From an uncultured Succiniclasticum sp. (GTDB lineage Bacteria; Bacillota; Negativicutes; Acidaminococcales; Acidaminococcaceae), in the NCBI GenBank assembly GCA_902801365.1, contig CADCHY010000001.1:16272-80271 (forward strand): a stretch of 64,000 nucleotides of DNA, read 5' to 3'. Positions 9,729-19,649 of the stretch are shown here, piece by piece. The position numbers and the translations under genes were made by a program. How positions within the stretch are numbered: position 1 is the first letter of the stretch; each line of letters begins with the position of its first letter. The notes below the pieces were generated by a model that was given only the letters and a program-made list of their open reading frames with translations, was not told the origin of the DNA and made no database searches.

Positions 9729-10099
9729 AATTCACCTTCGTAAAACTCGCCCCGGTAAATACAGCCGCTGGTCCGGGTTTCCCATACTTCCACTTCACAC
9801 AGCCGCCGATTTTCCGCATACAGCGGCTTTGCCAGCTGGTTCCACACCCATATGGCAATATTCTCCGCGCTGGGATTTGGAATCACGTCGTTCAGCAGTT
9901 TGTGATCCAGCTTACGCAGTACTTTCGTCTGCACGATTTTTTTCAGCAGGGAAAAATCCAGTACCATGCCTTCCATATCCGGACGACCGTCTACCTTCAC
10001 CACCAGCTTATAAGTATGCCCGTGCAGATGCTCGCACTTCCCGTTATAACTGGGAAGATAATGGGCCGCGTCAAATTCAAACTCTTTTAAAACAATCAT
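9722..10099 (-). CDS. 6-pyruvoyl-tetrahydropterin synthase / QueD-family protein with hybrid CExxHGH motif
   Basis: FEFDAAH..KCEHLHGHTY..LDHKLLND..PSAENIA..EVWET; first gene of the fol operon. Confidence 0.9.
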   Translation of the reverse strand: MIVLKEFEFDAAHYLPSYNGKCEHLHGHTYKLVVKVDGRPDMEGMVLDFSLLKKIVQTKVLRKLDHKLLNDVIPNPSAENIAIWVWNQLAKPLYAENRRLCEVEVWETRTSGCIYRGEFYEGELC

Positions 10100-10181
10100 G
10101 GTGCCTCCTGTAATTGTTCGATCAAGAGATATCAGTTTTTCATCTATTAATAAAAGTTAAATTCTGAAATCCGCTGCTTAA

Positions 10182-10697
10182 TCATGATTCATACTGTGAA
10201 TTCAGCTTGCCGGAATGAAACGTCGGCGTCAGGCTTAGCCCGCCAAAATCCGGTTGCTGACGGAAAGCCTCATATGCCACTACCGCCACTGCGTTGGACA
10301 GGTTCAGACAGCGGGCTTTCGCATCCGGTATCATGGGGATACGCAGGCACTGTTCCGGAAACTCTTCGTGAATCCAGTCCGGCAGCCCGGAAGTTTCCCT
10401 GCCGAAAATCAGCAAACTGTCCGGTCCGTAATGCACATCTGTGTAACCTTTTGCCGCCCTGCTCGTCAGGAAATATTTTGGATGATCTTTATACACTTCA
10501 AATAATTCGCGAATGTCGTCCCAATAATCTATCTTAAGCAGATGCCAGTAATCGAGCCCTGCCCGTTTCAGCTGCCGGTCGTCCGTTGAAAAACCCAGAG
10601 GGCGGATCAGGTGAAGATGACATCCTGTTACTGCACACAGGCGAACAACATTACCGGTGTTGGCCGGAATTTCCGGCTGGTATAAAACGATATGCAT
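10182..10697 (-). CDS. trmL: tRNA (cytidine/uridine-34 2'-O)-methyltransferase
   Basis: LYQPEIPANTGN, RAGLDYW, FGRETSGLP, RIPM, LNLSNAVA (SPOUT). Confidence 0.93.
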   Translation of the reverse strand: MHIVLYQPEIPANTGNVVRLCAVTGCHLHLIRPLGFSTDDRQLKRAGLDYWHLLKIDYWDDIRELFEVYKDHPKYFLTSRAAKGYTDVHYGPDSLLIFGRETSGLPDWIHEEFPEQCLRIPMIPDAKARCLNLSNAVAVVAYEAFRQQPDFGGLSLTPTFHSGKLNSQYES

Positions 10698-10737
10698 GGT
10701 TCATGCCTCTTTACTTTTTACGTTTTTATGTTTCTTC

Positions 10738-11769
10738 CTAATCTGTCAAGCCCCAATTTATTGATTTTACGGGCTCACTTTTATGTTTTCCATTTTTAGG
10801 TTTTTCATATTTATACTGTTCCAGTTTATTGCGTTCCTTCATTTTTTTCTCATACAGCTTTTCCAGTTCTTTTTGCTGTTTTTTGTGGTCTGCCCACATT
10901 CCTTCCGGCTCTTTATCCTCACAGCGCAGCATCAGCTGATGCGTGTTGATGACTTTTTCCGCGTATTCGCCGCCCATGGCCCAGGTCCAGTTCAGACCGG
11001 ACCATTTTGTAATAAGGCCTTTTTCCAGCCGCAGATTATGTGCTTTATCATAGCGGGGATCTACGAGTTTCGTTTTTGGCAGGTCGTGACTGCTGTAGGC
11101 CAGCAGATGCTGGATGTGAGCCCGCACACCCTCCTGCGGCGTTTTAAAAGCTGCACCCTGGACGCCGTTGCCTATGGTCCCCAACCCGCAGAAATTATGC
11201 TGCCAGGGTTCCACCGCGCCTCCGAAATTAAAATAGCCTGTCTCTAACAGAGCCTGGGATAACGCTATATCCGGACGGATACCTTCCCGTTCTGCTTCCT
11301 CCCAGTACAGGTCCACGATTTCACCTGCGCTGCAGCCGATAGGCAGATTCTTATTGTTGGCCACAATCAGCTGGGCAGCCTGTTTTTTGGTAGCCTGGGA
11401 TTTTCCCTTGATCGTGATATCTTTATAACCTTTCGGCAAAATATAAATAGCATTCAGATTCCGTTTGCCCGTCGCAGTTTGTTTCGGTTTAACCCCACTT
11501 TTCGTATCCGTTCTGTTTCCCCGGGATACCTGTGTCCCACTGTTCTTTTTATTCTTTATTACCGTATTGCCGTCCCTGCCAGCTTTATTATGCTTCGTGT
11601 CTTTCTTATTTTGATTGGTACCGGGAATAACCGCCCCCGGACGATTTCCCATTGACACAACCGGTTTCCCTCCCCGGTTAACAGAAGCGGTGTCAGCAGC
11701 CTGTCCCCGAATTGGCAGCAACAACAACACTGCTGCCATCACGCAGGCTATCTTCGTCCTTTTTTTCAT
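10738..11769 (-). CDS. Secreted glucosaminidase-domain peptidoglycan hydrolase
   Basis: Signal peptide, basic low-complexity linker, AEREGIRPDIALSQALLETGYF..HNFCGL..EGVRAHIQHLLAY, WA...YAEKV. Confidence 0.8.
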   Translation of the reverse strand: MKKRTKIACVMAAVLLLLPIRGQAADTASVNRGGKPVVSMGNRPGAVIPGTNQNKKDTKHNKAGRDGNTVIKNKKNSGTQVSRGNRTDTKSGVKPKQTATGKRNLNAIYILPKGYKDITIKGKSQATKKQAAQLIVANNKNLPIGCSAGEIVDLYWEEAEREGIRPDIALSQALLETGYFNFGGAVEPWQHNFCGLGTIGNGVQGAAFKTPQEGVRAHIQHLLAYSSHDLPKTKLVDPRYDKAHNLRLEKGLITKWSGLNWTWAMGGEYAEKVINTHQLMLRCEDKEPEGMWADHKKQQKELEKLYEKKMKERNKLEQYKYEKPKNGKHKSEPVKSINWGLTD

Positions 11770-11979
11770 ATATTTGTTCTCCTGTATCTTTCTGCGTTTC
11801 CCTGATTTAGATATCGTGCTTATATTATATAATTATATTCCAAATTTTACTTGTCTGTAAAGTTAATCCTGGTTTGAAATGTTTTCCGCCGAATCTGACA
11901 GGATGGCTTTTGATATGATATAATGGTAGTGCGAAATCATGTTATTATGATGGCAGAAAAAATAAAAGGAGGAATCATC

Positions 11980-12654
11980 ATGTCTGCAGAATTCAAATTT
12001 ATCCACCATGCCTGCTTTACCGTTACAGCCGGCGGCGAGACGCTGATCTGCGATCCGTTTATCGACGGTAACCCCATCCACGTTTCCATGGAAGATCTGA
12101 AAGTAGATTATATTTTTGTTTCCCATGCTCACGGCGATCACCTTGGCTGTGCCTATGAACTGGCCAAACAGTGCGACGCCCTGATCATCACCACGGCAGA
12201 AATTGCCGGCCAGGCATCGGAAAACGGTTGCAAAGCACATGCTATGCATGTTGGCGGAACTTACAAATTCCCCTTTGGAAAAGTACGCGTTACTCCTGCT
12301 TTCCATGGCAGCGGTATTGCCGGCGGACATGCCTGCGGCTTTATCATTGATTTCCACGGCGTGAAATTCTATTTTGCCGGTGATACATCTCTGTTTGGCG
12401 ATATGAAATTGCTGCAGGAGCTGGATCCTTTCAAATATGCACTGCTTCCTATCGGCGGCAACTTCACCATGGATCCCCATGACGCTGCCAAAGCCGCCGC
12501 ATTCCTGAAAGCGCCGGTTGTCATTCCCATCCATTACAACACCTGGCCGGTCATCGCCCAGGATCCGGAAGCGTATAAGGCTGACGTAGAAAAGAATGTC
12601 CCCGGTACACAGGTCATTCTTGTTGACCCAGGCGACACGCTGGAATGGGATTAA
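11980..12654 (+). CDS. Metal-dependent hydrolase, metallo-beta-lactamase fold (UPF0173-like)
   Basis: SHAHGDH, AFHGS, FAGDT, LPIGG, PIHYNTW; RBS AAAGGAGG before ATG 11980. Confidence 0.9.
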   Translation: MSAEFKFIHHACFTVTAGGETLICDPFIDGNPIHVSMEDLKVDYIFVSHAHGDHLGCAYELAKQCDALIITTAEIAGQASENGCKAHAMHVGGTYKFPFGKVRVTPAFHGSGIAGGHACGFIIDFHGVKFYFAGDTSLFGDMKLLQELDPFKYALLPIGGNFTMDPHDAAKAAAFLKAPVVIPIHYNTWPVIAQDPEAYKADVEKNVPGTQVILVDPGDTLEWD

Positions 12655-12744
12655 TCCAAGATAGTTAAACACAGAAAAAGCAGCGAGGGTAACTGAGTGA
12701 ACTCAGTTACCCTCGTTTTTATGAACAAATCAACTTGCTTTCCC

Positions 12745-14241
12745 TCACTTTTCCCGTTTCTTCAATACTTTCATAAGAATCGGCGAGAAGGAAGAGAGGA
12801 TGCACAGGGCAATCAGTATCCAGCAAATGGGAGTGCTGAACAGGATGCTGATATCGTTACTGGACAGGGTGAGGCTGCGGCGAAGACCCCGTTCTCCTAT
12901 AGGACCCAAAATCAGCGCAAGCACTACCGCTGCGGTGTTCAAATCCAGCTTCCGCATCAGATAACCGAAGAAGCCGAACAGGAACATGATACCCACTTCC
13001 ACAAAACTGTTGTTGATAGCAAAGGACCCTACCACGCACAACACGAATACGCATGGGATCAAAATGGCATCGGACAGACGGGAGATATGCGCGAACAGAC
13101 GGCAGCCGCCCAGACCGATCAGCAGCATGAAGAACTGGGTAATTACGAAACCTGCAAAGAATGTGTATGTCATTTCCGCGTACTTGGTAAACAGCTCCGG
13201 ACCGGGTTGCAGACCCTGAATAATCAGACCGCCCATCAGTACGGCTGTTACCGATTCTCCGGGGATGCCCAGGGTCAGAGTGGGGATCAGTGAACCACCG
13301 GTTACCGCGTTGTTGGCTGCTTCTGACGCTGCTACACCCTCTATAGAACCTTTACCGAACTCGTCTTTACGTTTTGAAAACTTCTTTGCGGTATCGTACC
13401 CCAGGAAGCAGGCAATGGAAGCACCGGCGCCGGGCAGGATACCTATGATATTCCCGATGAGCCAGGAACGGATCACATGGGGGAATATCTGGGCCAGTTC
13501 TTTGGCCTTCAGGAAAACGGAGTCTTCAAAGTCAATGACATTGCCCCGTTCTTTAATAGCCTTTTCAATCAGGATAAATACCTGGGACATGGAAAAAAGC
13601 CCAATCATGGCGCAGGTCACGTTGATGCCATTATACAGGGCATCAATACCGAACATGTATCGTTCCACCCCTTCCATGGGGTCCATGCCAATCGTGGACA
13701 ACACCAGACCGAACGCACCGGACATCAGGCCCTTGACCATAGACCCGGAAGTAACACCCGCAATAATGGTAAGACCGAACAGCGCCAGCCAGAAATATTC
13801 CGGACTGCCGAACTTCATGGCCAGCTGGGCCAGTGCCGGAGCAAAAAAGTACAAAGAAATACAACTGAACAGCCCACCGAAGAAAGAAGCCGTGCAGGCT
13901 GTACCCAACGCTTTACCCGCTTTGCCTTTCAGGGTCAGCTGGTACCCGTCGATTGCCGTAGCCGCCGAAGCCGGTGTGCCAGGCGTATGAATCAGGATAG
14001 CGGAAATGGAGCCGCCAAAAATCGCGCCGCAGTAAATAGCGCCTAACATAATCAGGCCGGTCTCCGGTTTCATACCGAAAGACAGGGGCAGGAGCAGTGC
14101 CACACCCATAGCCGCCGACAGGCCCGGCATACAGCCGACCACGATACCGATGGTCACACCGAGGATCATCATACCCATGTTCATAGGGGAAAACACATGC
14201 AAAAAACCGGCGGCCATCAATCCTAATGTATTCGCATCCAT
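12745..14241 (-). CDS. tctA: Tripartite tricarboxylate transporter large permease TctA
   Basis: GCMPGLSA, IHTPGTPAS, ASEAANNA, PTLTLGIPG, GLQPGP. Confidence 0.93.
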   Translation of the reverse strand: MDANTLGLMAAGFLHVFSPMNMGMMILGVTIGIVVGCMPGLSAAMGVALLLPLSFGMKPETGLIMLGAIYCGAIFGGSISAILIHTPGTPASAATAIDGYQLTLKGKAGKALGTACTASFFGGLFSCISLYFFAPALAQLAMKFGSPEYFWLALFGLTIIAGVTSGSMVKGLMSGAFGLVLSTIGMDPMEGVERYMFGIDALYNGINVTCAMIGLFSMSQVFILIEKAIKERGNVIDFEDSVFLKAKELAQIFPHVIRSWLIGNIIGILPGAGASIACFLGYDTAKKFSKRKDEFGKGSIEGVAASEAANNAVTGGSLIPTLTLGIPGESVTAVLMGGLIIQGLQPGPELFTKYAEMTYTFFAGFVITQFFMLLIGLGGCRLFAHISRLSDAILIPCVFVLCVVGSFAINNSFVEVGIMFLFGFFGYLMRKLDLNTAAVVLALILGPIGERGLRRSLTLSSNDISILFSTPICWILIALCILSSFSPILMKVLKKREK

Positions 14242-14259
14242 ATGTAACAGCCTCCCGTC

Positions 14260-14718
14260 TTACAAGAATTCACCCAGTATTTCACCTTTAGGCAGCGGCA
14301 CGTTCAGGAACCACCCGAAAGTGAAATAAGTCAGAGCCAGCATGACAACCAACACCATAGCCACGTATTTCTTCGGAATTCGGAAATAATGCAGGCAAAA
14401 CAGAATATAAACCAGAGACGCCAGATAAAATCCGAAGAAATACATCAGCACGAAAAACCCGATGAACGCGGCAAACATAGTCCAAAACTGTTTGGGAAGA
14501 AATCCTTTAAACGTTTCCGACACATCATTGATAACATGTCTGTCTTTCATATACTGATGTACCATATCCCAGAGCCGGACAGTGGTAAGCAAAAACAGAA
14601 GCCCGATGACAAAATAAGGATAATGGCGGGCACCTTCCGGGAACTTCGCCGTCTCGTGCTGGAAAAAAGCACAGAACAGATACATGAAGCCACAGATATA
14701 AAGATCGGTCCTTTTCAT
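14260..14718 (-). CDS. tctB: Tripartite tricarboxylate transporter small permease TctB
   Basis: Four hydrophobic segments ending FLNVPLPKG; lies between tctC and tctA. Confidence 0.85.
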   Translation of the reverse strand: MKRTDLYICGFMYLFCAFFQHETAKFPEGARHYPYFVIGLLFLLTTVRLWDMVHQYMKDRHVINDVSETFKGFLPKQFWTMFAAFIGFFVLMYFFGFYLASLVYILFCLHYFRIPKKYVAMVLVVMLALTYFTFGWFLNVPLPKGEILGEFL

Positions 14719-14882
14719 AAAAGCAACCTCGCGATTATAATAACAACTAACATAAAATTAAGCCGGCCTGAAGCAGCCGTCACACAGGCAGCCGCCTCAG
14801 CCGGCTTCAGTTTTTAAAAGATAACCGTAATGCAGAGGAAAGAAATCCGCCACCGGATCTCTTTCAGCCCTCATGAATCCGA

Positions 14883-15887
14883 TTATTTATCATACAACTT
14901 GGTAACTACGTTCTTGCAGAAATCCATCTGTTCCTTAATCAAAGCGCCCAGAGCCTTGCTGTCTTTGTAATCGGTAGCCATGCCGGCTTTCTGATGAGCT
15001 TCTTTAACCTTCGGATCGTCCATGGTCTTCTTCATAGCGGTTTCATAGAATTTGATGATATTTTCCGGAGTTCCCTTCGGAGCTACCAGCGCGCGGGCAG
15101 AGCCGTACCACTTATTGTAGTAGCCCAGTTCGCCCAGAGTCGGAACGTCTTTCAGCTGCGGGTCCCGTTTTTCAGAGAACAGGCCTAATACACGCAGTTC
15201 TGCTTTGTCTCCGTTGATCAGTTTGGCAATATCGGCAACTTTGGCGCAGGAGAAATCAACCTCGCCCTGACGCAGAGCCAGCAGCTGGTCGGCCGTGCCG
15301 CCGTAAGGAACAGCTTTATACTGGAATTTGGCAGACTGTGCAAGCAGCTGGGCTGCCGTATGGTTGGAAGCCTTTACGCCGTTAGTAGAAGCTTTCAGTT
15401 CGCCGGGTTTTGCCTGGGCATCAGCTACCAGTTCTTTCAGGGTCTTCCATTTTGCGTCTTTTTTAACTACAACAACGCCGGTCTCAGTCAGGTGGTTGCA
15501 GATGGGAACAATGCTCTGATCGTTAAACGGAGCATTCGGCTGAATAGCCAGCGTGGTATAAGTCGGGAGATTGATGAAACCGATGGTATATCCGTCCGGT
15601 TTTGCCTTGGTCAGTTCGGTCCAGCCGATCTTACCATCAGCGCCCGGTTTGTTCTCAATAACCATGGTCTGGCCTACATAGGGTTTGGCATTGTTGAGCA
15701 GCAGGCGGGCGCCTGTATCCGTGCCGGAACCGGCCTTATACGCAATAATGACCTTCACATCCTTCGTGGGTTTCCATTCCTTGTTGGCATCAGCAGCCTT
15801 TTTGTCACCGCCGCCGCCACCGCAACCCGTCATCAGGACAGACGCAGCTAACATCAGGGACCCTGCTACAGCAAGAAATTTTTTCAT
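14883..15887 (-). CDS. tctC: Tripartite tricarboxylate transporter substrate-binding lipoprotein TctC/Bug
   Basis: RBS GGAGG then MKKFLAVAG..LMTGC lipobox; AGSGTD, ENKPGADG, PYGG, PTLGELG, APKGTP. Confidence 0.92.
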   Translation of the reverse strand: MKKFLAVAGSLMLAASVLMTGCGGGGGDKKAADANKEWKPTKDVKVIIAYKAGSGTDTGARLLLNNAKPYVGQTMVIENKPGADGKIGWTELTKAKPDGYTIGFINLPTYTTLAIQPNAPFNDQSIVPICNHLTETGVVVVKKDAKWKTLKELVADAQAKPGELKASTNGVKASNHTAAQLLAQSAKFQYKAVPYGGTADQLLALRQGEVDFSCAKVADIAKLINGDKAELRVLGLFSEKRDPQLKDVPTLGELGYYNKWYGSARALVAPKGTPENIIKFYETAMKKTMDDPKVKEAHQKAGMATDYKDSKALGALIKEQMDFCKNVVTKLYDK

Positions 15888-16082
15888 GAGTTTCTCCTCC
15901 TTCATTAAATTCAATTTTACAAAACTGTGCTCCCACTCTAACCGGTCCGAATGGGCGCAAAATTTCTGTACAACCGATACTTTAACTATACTACAACTCG
16001 AAAAAAGATTCAAGAATTATTTACCCTGCGGACTGCGGCAGAGTCGTAAACAAAACCACTTTTCAGACAGCAGGAAAAAAGA

Positions 16083-16132
16083 AAAACACATCATGTATTG
16101 CAGTATTCATTCCGCAATACATGATGTGTTTT
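16083..16132. terminator. Perfect 19-bp stem terminator downstream of rnc
   Basis: AAAACACATCATGTATTGC / GCAATACATGATGTGTTTT. Confidence 0.75.
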
Positions 16133-16204
16133 ATACGCTGCTCCGGCAACTGTAAAAACAGACTAAATCAGTTTCCGGCTTTTTATCGAAAAGCGCAAAA
16201 GGTT

Positions 16205-16966
16205 TTATTGCTGCGGGGGTTCTTCCTTTTTCAGCCGTTCCAGCGCTTCACGGGCCGCCTGCTGTTCCGATTCTTTCTTGGTACGGCCTTTCCCGCTTCC
16301 ATATTCCATACCGTTAATAAAAACCCCGGAAGTAAAGATACGGTTATGTTCGGGACCTTCAAAATCCAGCATTTCGTACACAATCTCATACTGGGCCTCA
16401 TGCTGCAACCGTTCCTGCAGCATGCTTTTATAATCCCCCATCACCAGCTGTCCATTGCAAACAGCGTTGATTTCTTCTTCCAAAAGCCCCAGCAGATACT
16501 GTTGCGCCGCCGCAAAGCCCTGATCCAGATAATACGCTCCCAGCACCGCTTCAAAAGCATCCGCCAGAATGGAAGGGCGTTTGTTCCCGCCGGAAGACAA
16601 CTCTCCGTTGCCCATACGCAGATAATCCCCCAGCCTGATACGTTTCGCACACTGATACAGCGAAGCTTCGCACACTACCTGGGCGCGCAGCTTTGTCATC
16701 CGGCCTTCATCAAAATGGGGAAAATGCTCAAACATATAGGTGCTGACAATAAGACCCAGAACAGCATCTCCCAGAAATTCCAGCCGCTCATTATGCTCAT
16801 TGTGAGGATAGTGCGGTGTTTCATGGGCAAAAGAAGTATGCGTCAAGGCCAGATTCAGCAGCTCGTAATGATGCATTGTGATGCCCAATCCCGCACATAG
16901 TTCTTTCAGTTGTTCTTTTCGTTCTTCGCTACAGCGGGTCAATTCTGCAGAATTTTTCATGGTCAC
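16205..16966 (-). CDS. rnc: Ribonuclease III
   Basis: NERLEFLGDAVL, ADAFEA, dsRBD (DYKSMLQE, GKGRTKKESEQQAA). Confidence 0.97.
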   Translation of the reverse strand: MTMKNSAELTRCSEERKEQLKELCAGLGITMHHYELLNLALTHTSFAHETPHYPHNEHNERLEFLGDAVLGLIVSTYMFEHFPHFDEGRMTKLRAQVVCEASLYQCAKRIRLGDYLRMGNGELSSGGNKRPSILADAFEAVLGAYYLDQGFAAAQQYLLGLLEEEINAVCNGQLVMGDYKSMLQERLQHEAQYEIVYEMLDFEGPEHNRIFTSGVFINGMEYGSGKGRTKKESEQQAAREALERLKKEEPPQQ

Positions 16967-16980
16967 TGTGCGCCTGTCTC

Positions 16981-18237
16981 TTATGCTTCGTACTTCCTGA
17001 TCACGATAACCGCATTATGTCCGCCAAAACCAAAGTTGCTGGACATGGCTGCCCGGACTTCCTGTTTCCTTGCTTCGTTAGGAACAAAGTCCAGATCCAT
17101 ACCGTCTTCCGCGTCCACTTCATGATAGTTTATGGTGGGCGGAATGATGCCGTTCACAATGGTGAGAACCGTCGCAACTGCTTCCATGCCGCCGGCCCCG
17201 CCTAACAGGTGACCGGTCATTGATTTGTTGGAACTCATGGGAACTTTATAAGCCCGCTCCCCAAAAATCTTCTTGGATGCGATGACCTCGTTCAAATCGT
17301 TGCGATGGGTAGAAGTTCCGTGAGCGTTGATGTAATCAATGTCATCCGGGGTCAGACCCGCGTCTTTGATTGCCGCTTCCATGCAGACCGCAGGCATCTC
17401 TCCAGCCGGATCGGGAGCCGTGATATGGTAAGCATCCGTGTTCATGGCAAAACCTGCCAGTTCAGCGTAAATATGAGCGCCACGTTTCTTTGCATGTTCC
17501 AGTTCTTCCAGCACAATCACACCGCCGCCTTCGCCCATCACAAAACCGCTGCGGGTCTTGTCAAAAGGCCGGGAAGCTGCCTGGGGATCCTCATTGCTGT
17601 CGGTACAAAGAGCCTTCATGTTTTCAAAACCGGCGATAGCGATGGGATTCACTGCTGCTTCCACGCCGCCGGCAATCATCACGTCTGCATCACCGTACTG
17701 GATGGTACGCAATGCGTCTCCGATGCAGTTAGTACCGGTAGCGCAGGCTGTTACAATAGCCGTGTTGGGTCCCTTCCATCCCAGCGCTATGCCAATATGG
17801 GCTGCCGGCATGTTGGGAATTTCCATGGGAATAAAGAACGGACTGATACGTCCCGGCCCTCTTTCCCCGTATTTAAGGGACTGTTCCAGGAACGTAATGA
17901 TTCCTCCGATACCGGTTCCGACACACACGCCAAGGCGGGCAGGATTTTCCTGCGCCACATCAATACCGGCATCCGTCACCGCCTGCTTGGCAACGGCAAC
18001 AGCAAAATGAGCCACCCGGTCCATTTTGCGCCCTTCTTTTTTATCTACATACTGGGTATAATCAAAATCTTTGACTTCCCCTGCGATTTTCGTTTTCAAT
18101 GCCGAAGTATCGAATGCTTTTATCGTATCGATACCGGATTTTCCGGCAGTCAGGTTATTCCAAAATGTTTCTACATCATTACCGATCGGTGTAACAACGC
18201 CTAACCCGGTAATTACTACGCGTTTCTTCAAAATCAT
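16981..18237 (-). CDS. fabF: Beta-ketoacyl-ACP synthase II
   Basis: RVVITGLG, TACATG, DAYHITAP, AHGTST, KSMTGHLLG, NFGFGGHN; start is ATG 18237 or TTG 18231. Confidence 0.97.
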   Translation of the reverse strand: MILKKRVVITGLGVVTPIGNDVETFWNNLTAGKSGIDTIKAFDTSALKTKIAGEVKDFDYTQYVDKKEGRKMDRVAHFAVAVAKQAVTDAGIDVAQENPARLGVCVGTGIGGIITFLEQSLKYGERGPGRISPFFIPMEIPNMPAAHIGIALGWKGPNTAIVTACATGTNCIGDALRTIQYGDADVMIAGGVEAAVNPIAIAGFENMKALCTDSNEDPQAASRPFDKTRSGFVMGEGGGVIVLEELEHAKKRGAHIYAELAGFAMNTDAYHITAPDPAGEMPAVCMEAAIKDAGLTPDDIDYINAHGTSTHRNDLNEVIASKKIFGERAYKVPMSSNKSMTGHLLGGAGGMEAVATVLTIVNGIIPPTINYHEVDAEDGMDLDFVPNEARKQEVRAAMSSNFGFGGHNAVIVIRKYEA

Positions 18238-18312
18238 CACCTCAAAATTATTGGGAACCACCGGGCCGTACCCCGGACGGTCTTCCCGCCCGTTACGCTT
18301 CCCCGGTTCCTT

Positions 18313-19269
18313 TTAGCTGTTGATAGCTGCTACTTCATCCTTGATGCGCCGGAAAATTTCTTTCACCGGCAAGATTTCATGAATCTTCCACATGTGGGCC
18401 CCGGTAAAAATCAGACCGGTTTCCACATCGCCCTGCTGAGCCCGGGACAAGGCCCGGATGATACAGAACTGATGCGTGCAATGTTTCAGACACGCATCAC
18501 AGGTTACCGGCAGGGGCGCCCTGCCTTCCAGGGAAAGCTGCGCAAAAGGACTGCGGATGGCACGTCCCTTATATCCTACCGGACTGTCAATCTGCACAAC
18601 GTCCTCTTTTACCATTCTCAGGTACATTTCCTTCAGGAAACGCGCGCCGTTGGACTCCTCGCTGGCTGCAAAACGGCTGCCCATCTGCACACCGTCAGCC
18701 CCCAGATTCAGAAGATCCACAATATCCTGCCCGCAGGTAGCCCCGCCTGCCGCAATGACAGGAATATTCACCGCTTTCACAATGTCCGGAAGAATTTCCT
18801 TGATTGACTGTTGCGTCCCCAAATGACCGCCTGCTTCCGTACCTTCAACTACAATTGCTGAAGCCCCAAGCTTTTCAGAAATCTTTGCCAGCTTTACAGA
18901 CGATACAATCGGTACAACCGCCACATTGTATTCCCTGCCGACGGCAAAAATATCTCTTGAAAAACCGGCGCCGGCCACAATCAGGTCCACGCCTTCCTGT
19001 GCAGCAGTCACAATTAAGTTTTTAAACGCGCGGGCCGCTACCATACAGTTTATGCCAATGATACCCTTGCCGTTTGTCAGTTTTCGGGCAAGACGGATCT
19101 CCGTCCGTAATTCCTGCTCCTCCATACCGGAAGCAGCAATCAGACCGATTCCCCCTTCATTGGCTACCGCAGCAGCCAGACGTGCCGTTGATAATCTAAT
19201 TGCCATGCCGCCCTGGATAATCGGAACCTGCGCAACTAAATTCCCTATTTTAAGCACTGGTAATTTCAA
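18313..19269 (-). CDS. Nitronate-monooxygenase-family flavoprotein (FabK/FabX-like) in the fab cluster
   Basis: PIIQGGM, EAGGH, IAAGG, GVQMGSRF, plus C-terminal CDACLKHCTHQFC; lies between acpP and fabF. Confidence 0.85.
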   Translation of the reverse strand: MKLPVLKIGNLVAQVPIIQGGMAIRLSTARLAAAVANEGGIGLIAASGMEEQELRTEIRLARKLTNGKGIIGINCMVAARAFKNLIVTAAQEGVDLIVAGAGFSRDIFAVGREYNVAVVPIVSSVKLAKISEKLGASAIVVEGTEAGGHLGTQQSIKEILPDIVKAVNIPVIAAGGATCGQDIVDLLNLGADGVQMGSRFAASEESNGARFLKEMYLRMVKEDVVQIDSPVGYKGRAIRSPFAQLSLEGRAPLPVTCDACLKHCTHQFCIIRALSRAQQGDVETGLIFTGAHMWKIHEILPVKEIFRRIKDEVAAINS

Positions 19270-19323
19270 CAGATATCCCCCATTTCAGGAAACAAATTCA
19301 CGATTCACAAACAAAACAGTTTA

Positions 19324-19352
19324 CAGGGATGCCCTTACCCAGGGCATCCCTG
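19324..19352. terminator. Stem-loop downstream of acpP (terminator or stabiliser)
   Basis: Perfect 12-bp stem CAGGGATGCCCT/AGGGCATCCCTG with only a weak U-tract. Confidence 0.55.
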
Positions 19353-19364
19353 GACTGATCGGCA

Positions 19365-19601
19365 TTATGCCTCTTTTTCTTCGTCTAACATTTTAACTGC
19401 ATCAGCAACAGTACGGATCTTTTCAGCTTTTTCATCCGGAATTTCTACACCGAACTCTTCTTCAAAAGCCATGATAAGTTCAACGATATCCAGGGAATCA
19501 GCTCCCAGATCATCAATGAACGCAGATTCCATCTTTACTTCATCAGCGTCAACGCTTAACTGTTCAACAGTAATATCTCTTACTTTTTCGAAAGTGCCCA
19601 T
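19365..19601 (-). CDS. acpP: Acyl carrier protein
   Basis: [20 protein letters not shown]; RBS GGAGGTG. Confidence 0.97.
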   Translation of the reverse strand: MGTFEKVRDITVEQLSVDADEVKMESAFIDDLGADSLDIVELIMAFEEEFGVEIPDEKAEKIRTVADAVKMLDEEKEA

Positions 19602-19649
19602 CACGATTCACCTCCTCTCAAGACCTGTTACCGGTCAGTCTCCTTTTTC

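Noticed and set aside
10100-10181. Possible preQ1 riboswitch upstream of the QueD-like gene
   Set aside because: No preQ1-I stem-loop with an A-rich tail is recognisable, and the spacer is short.
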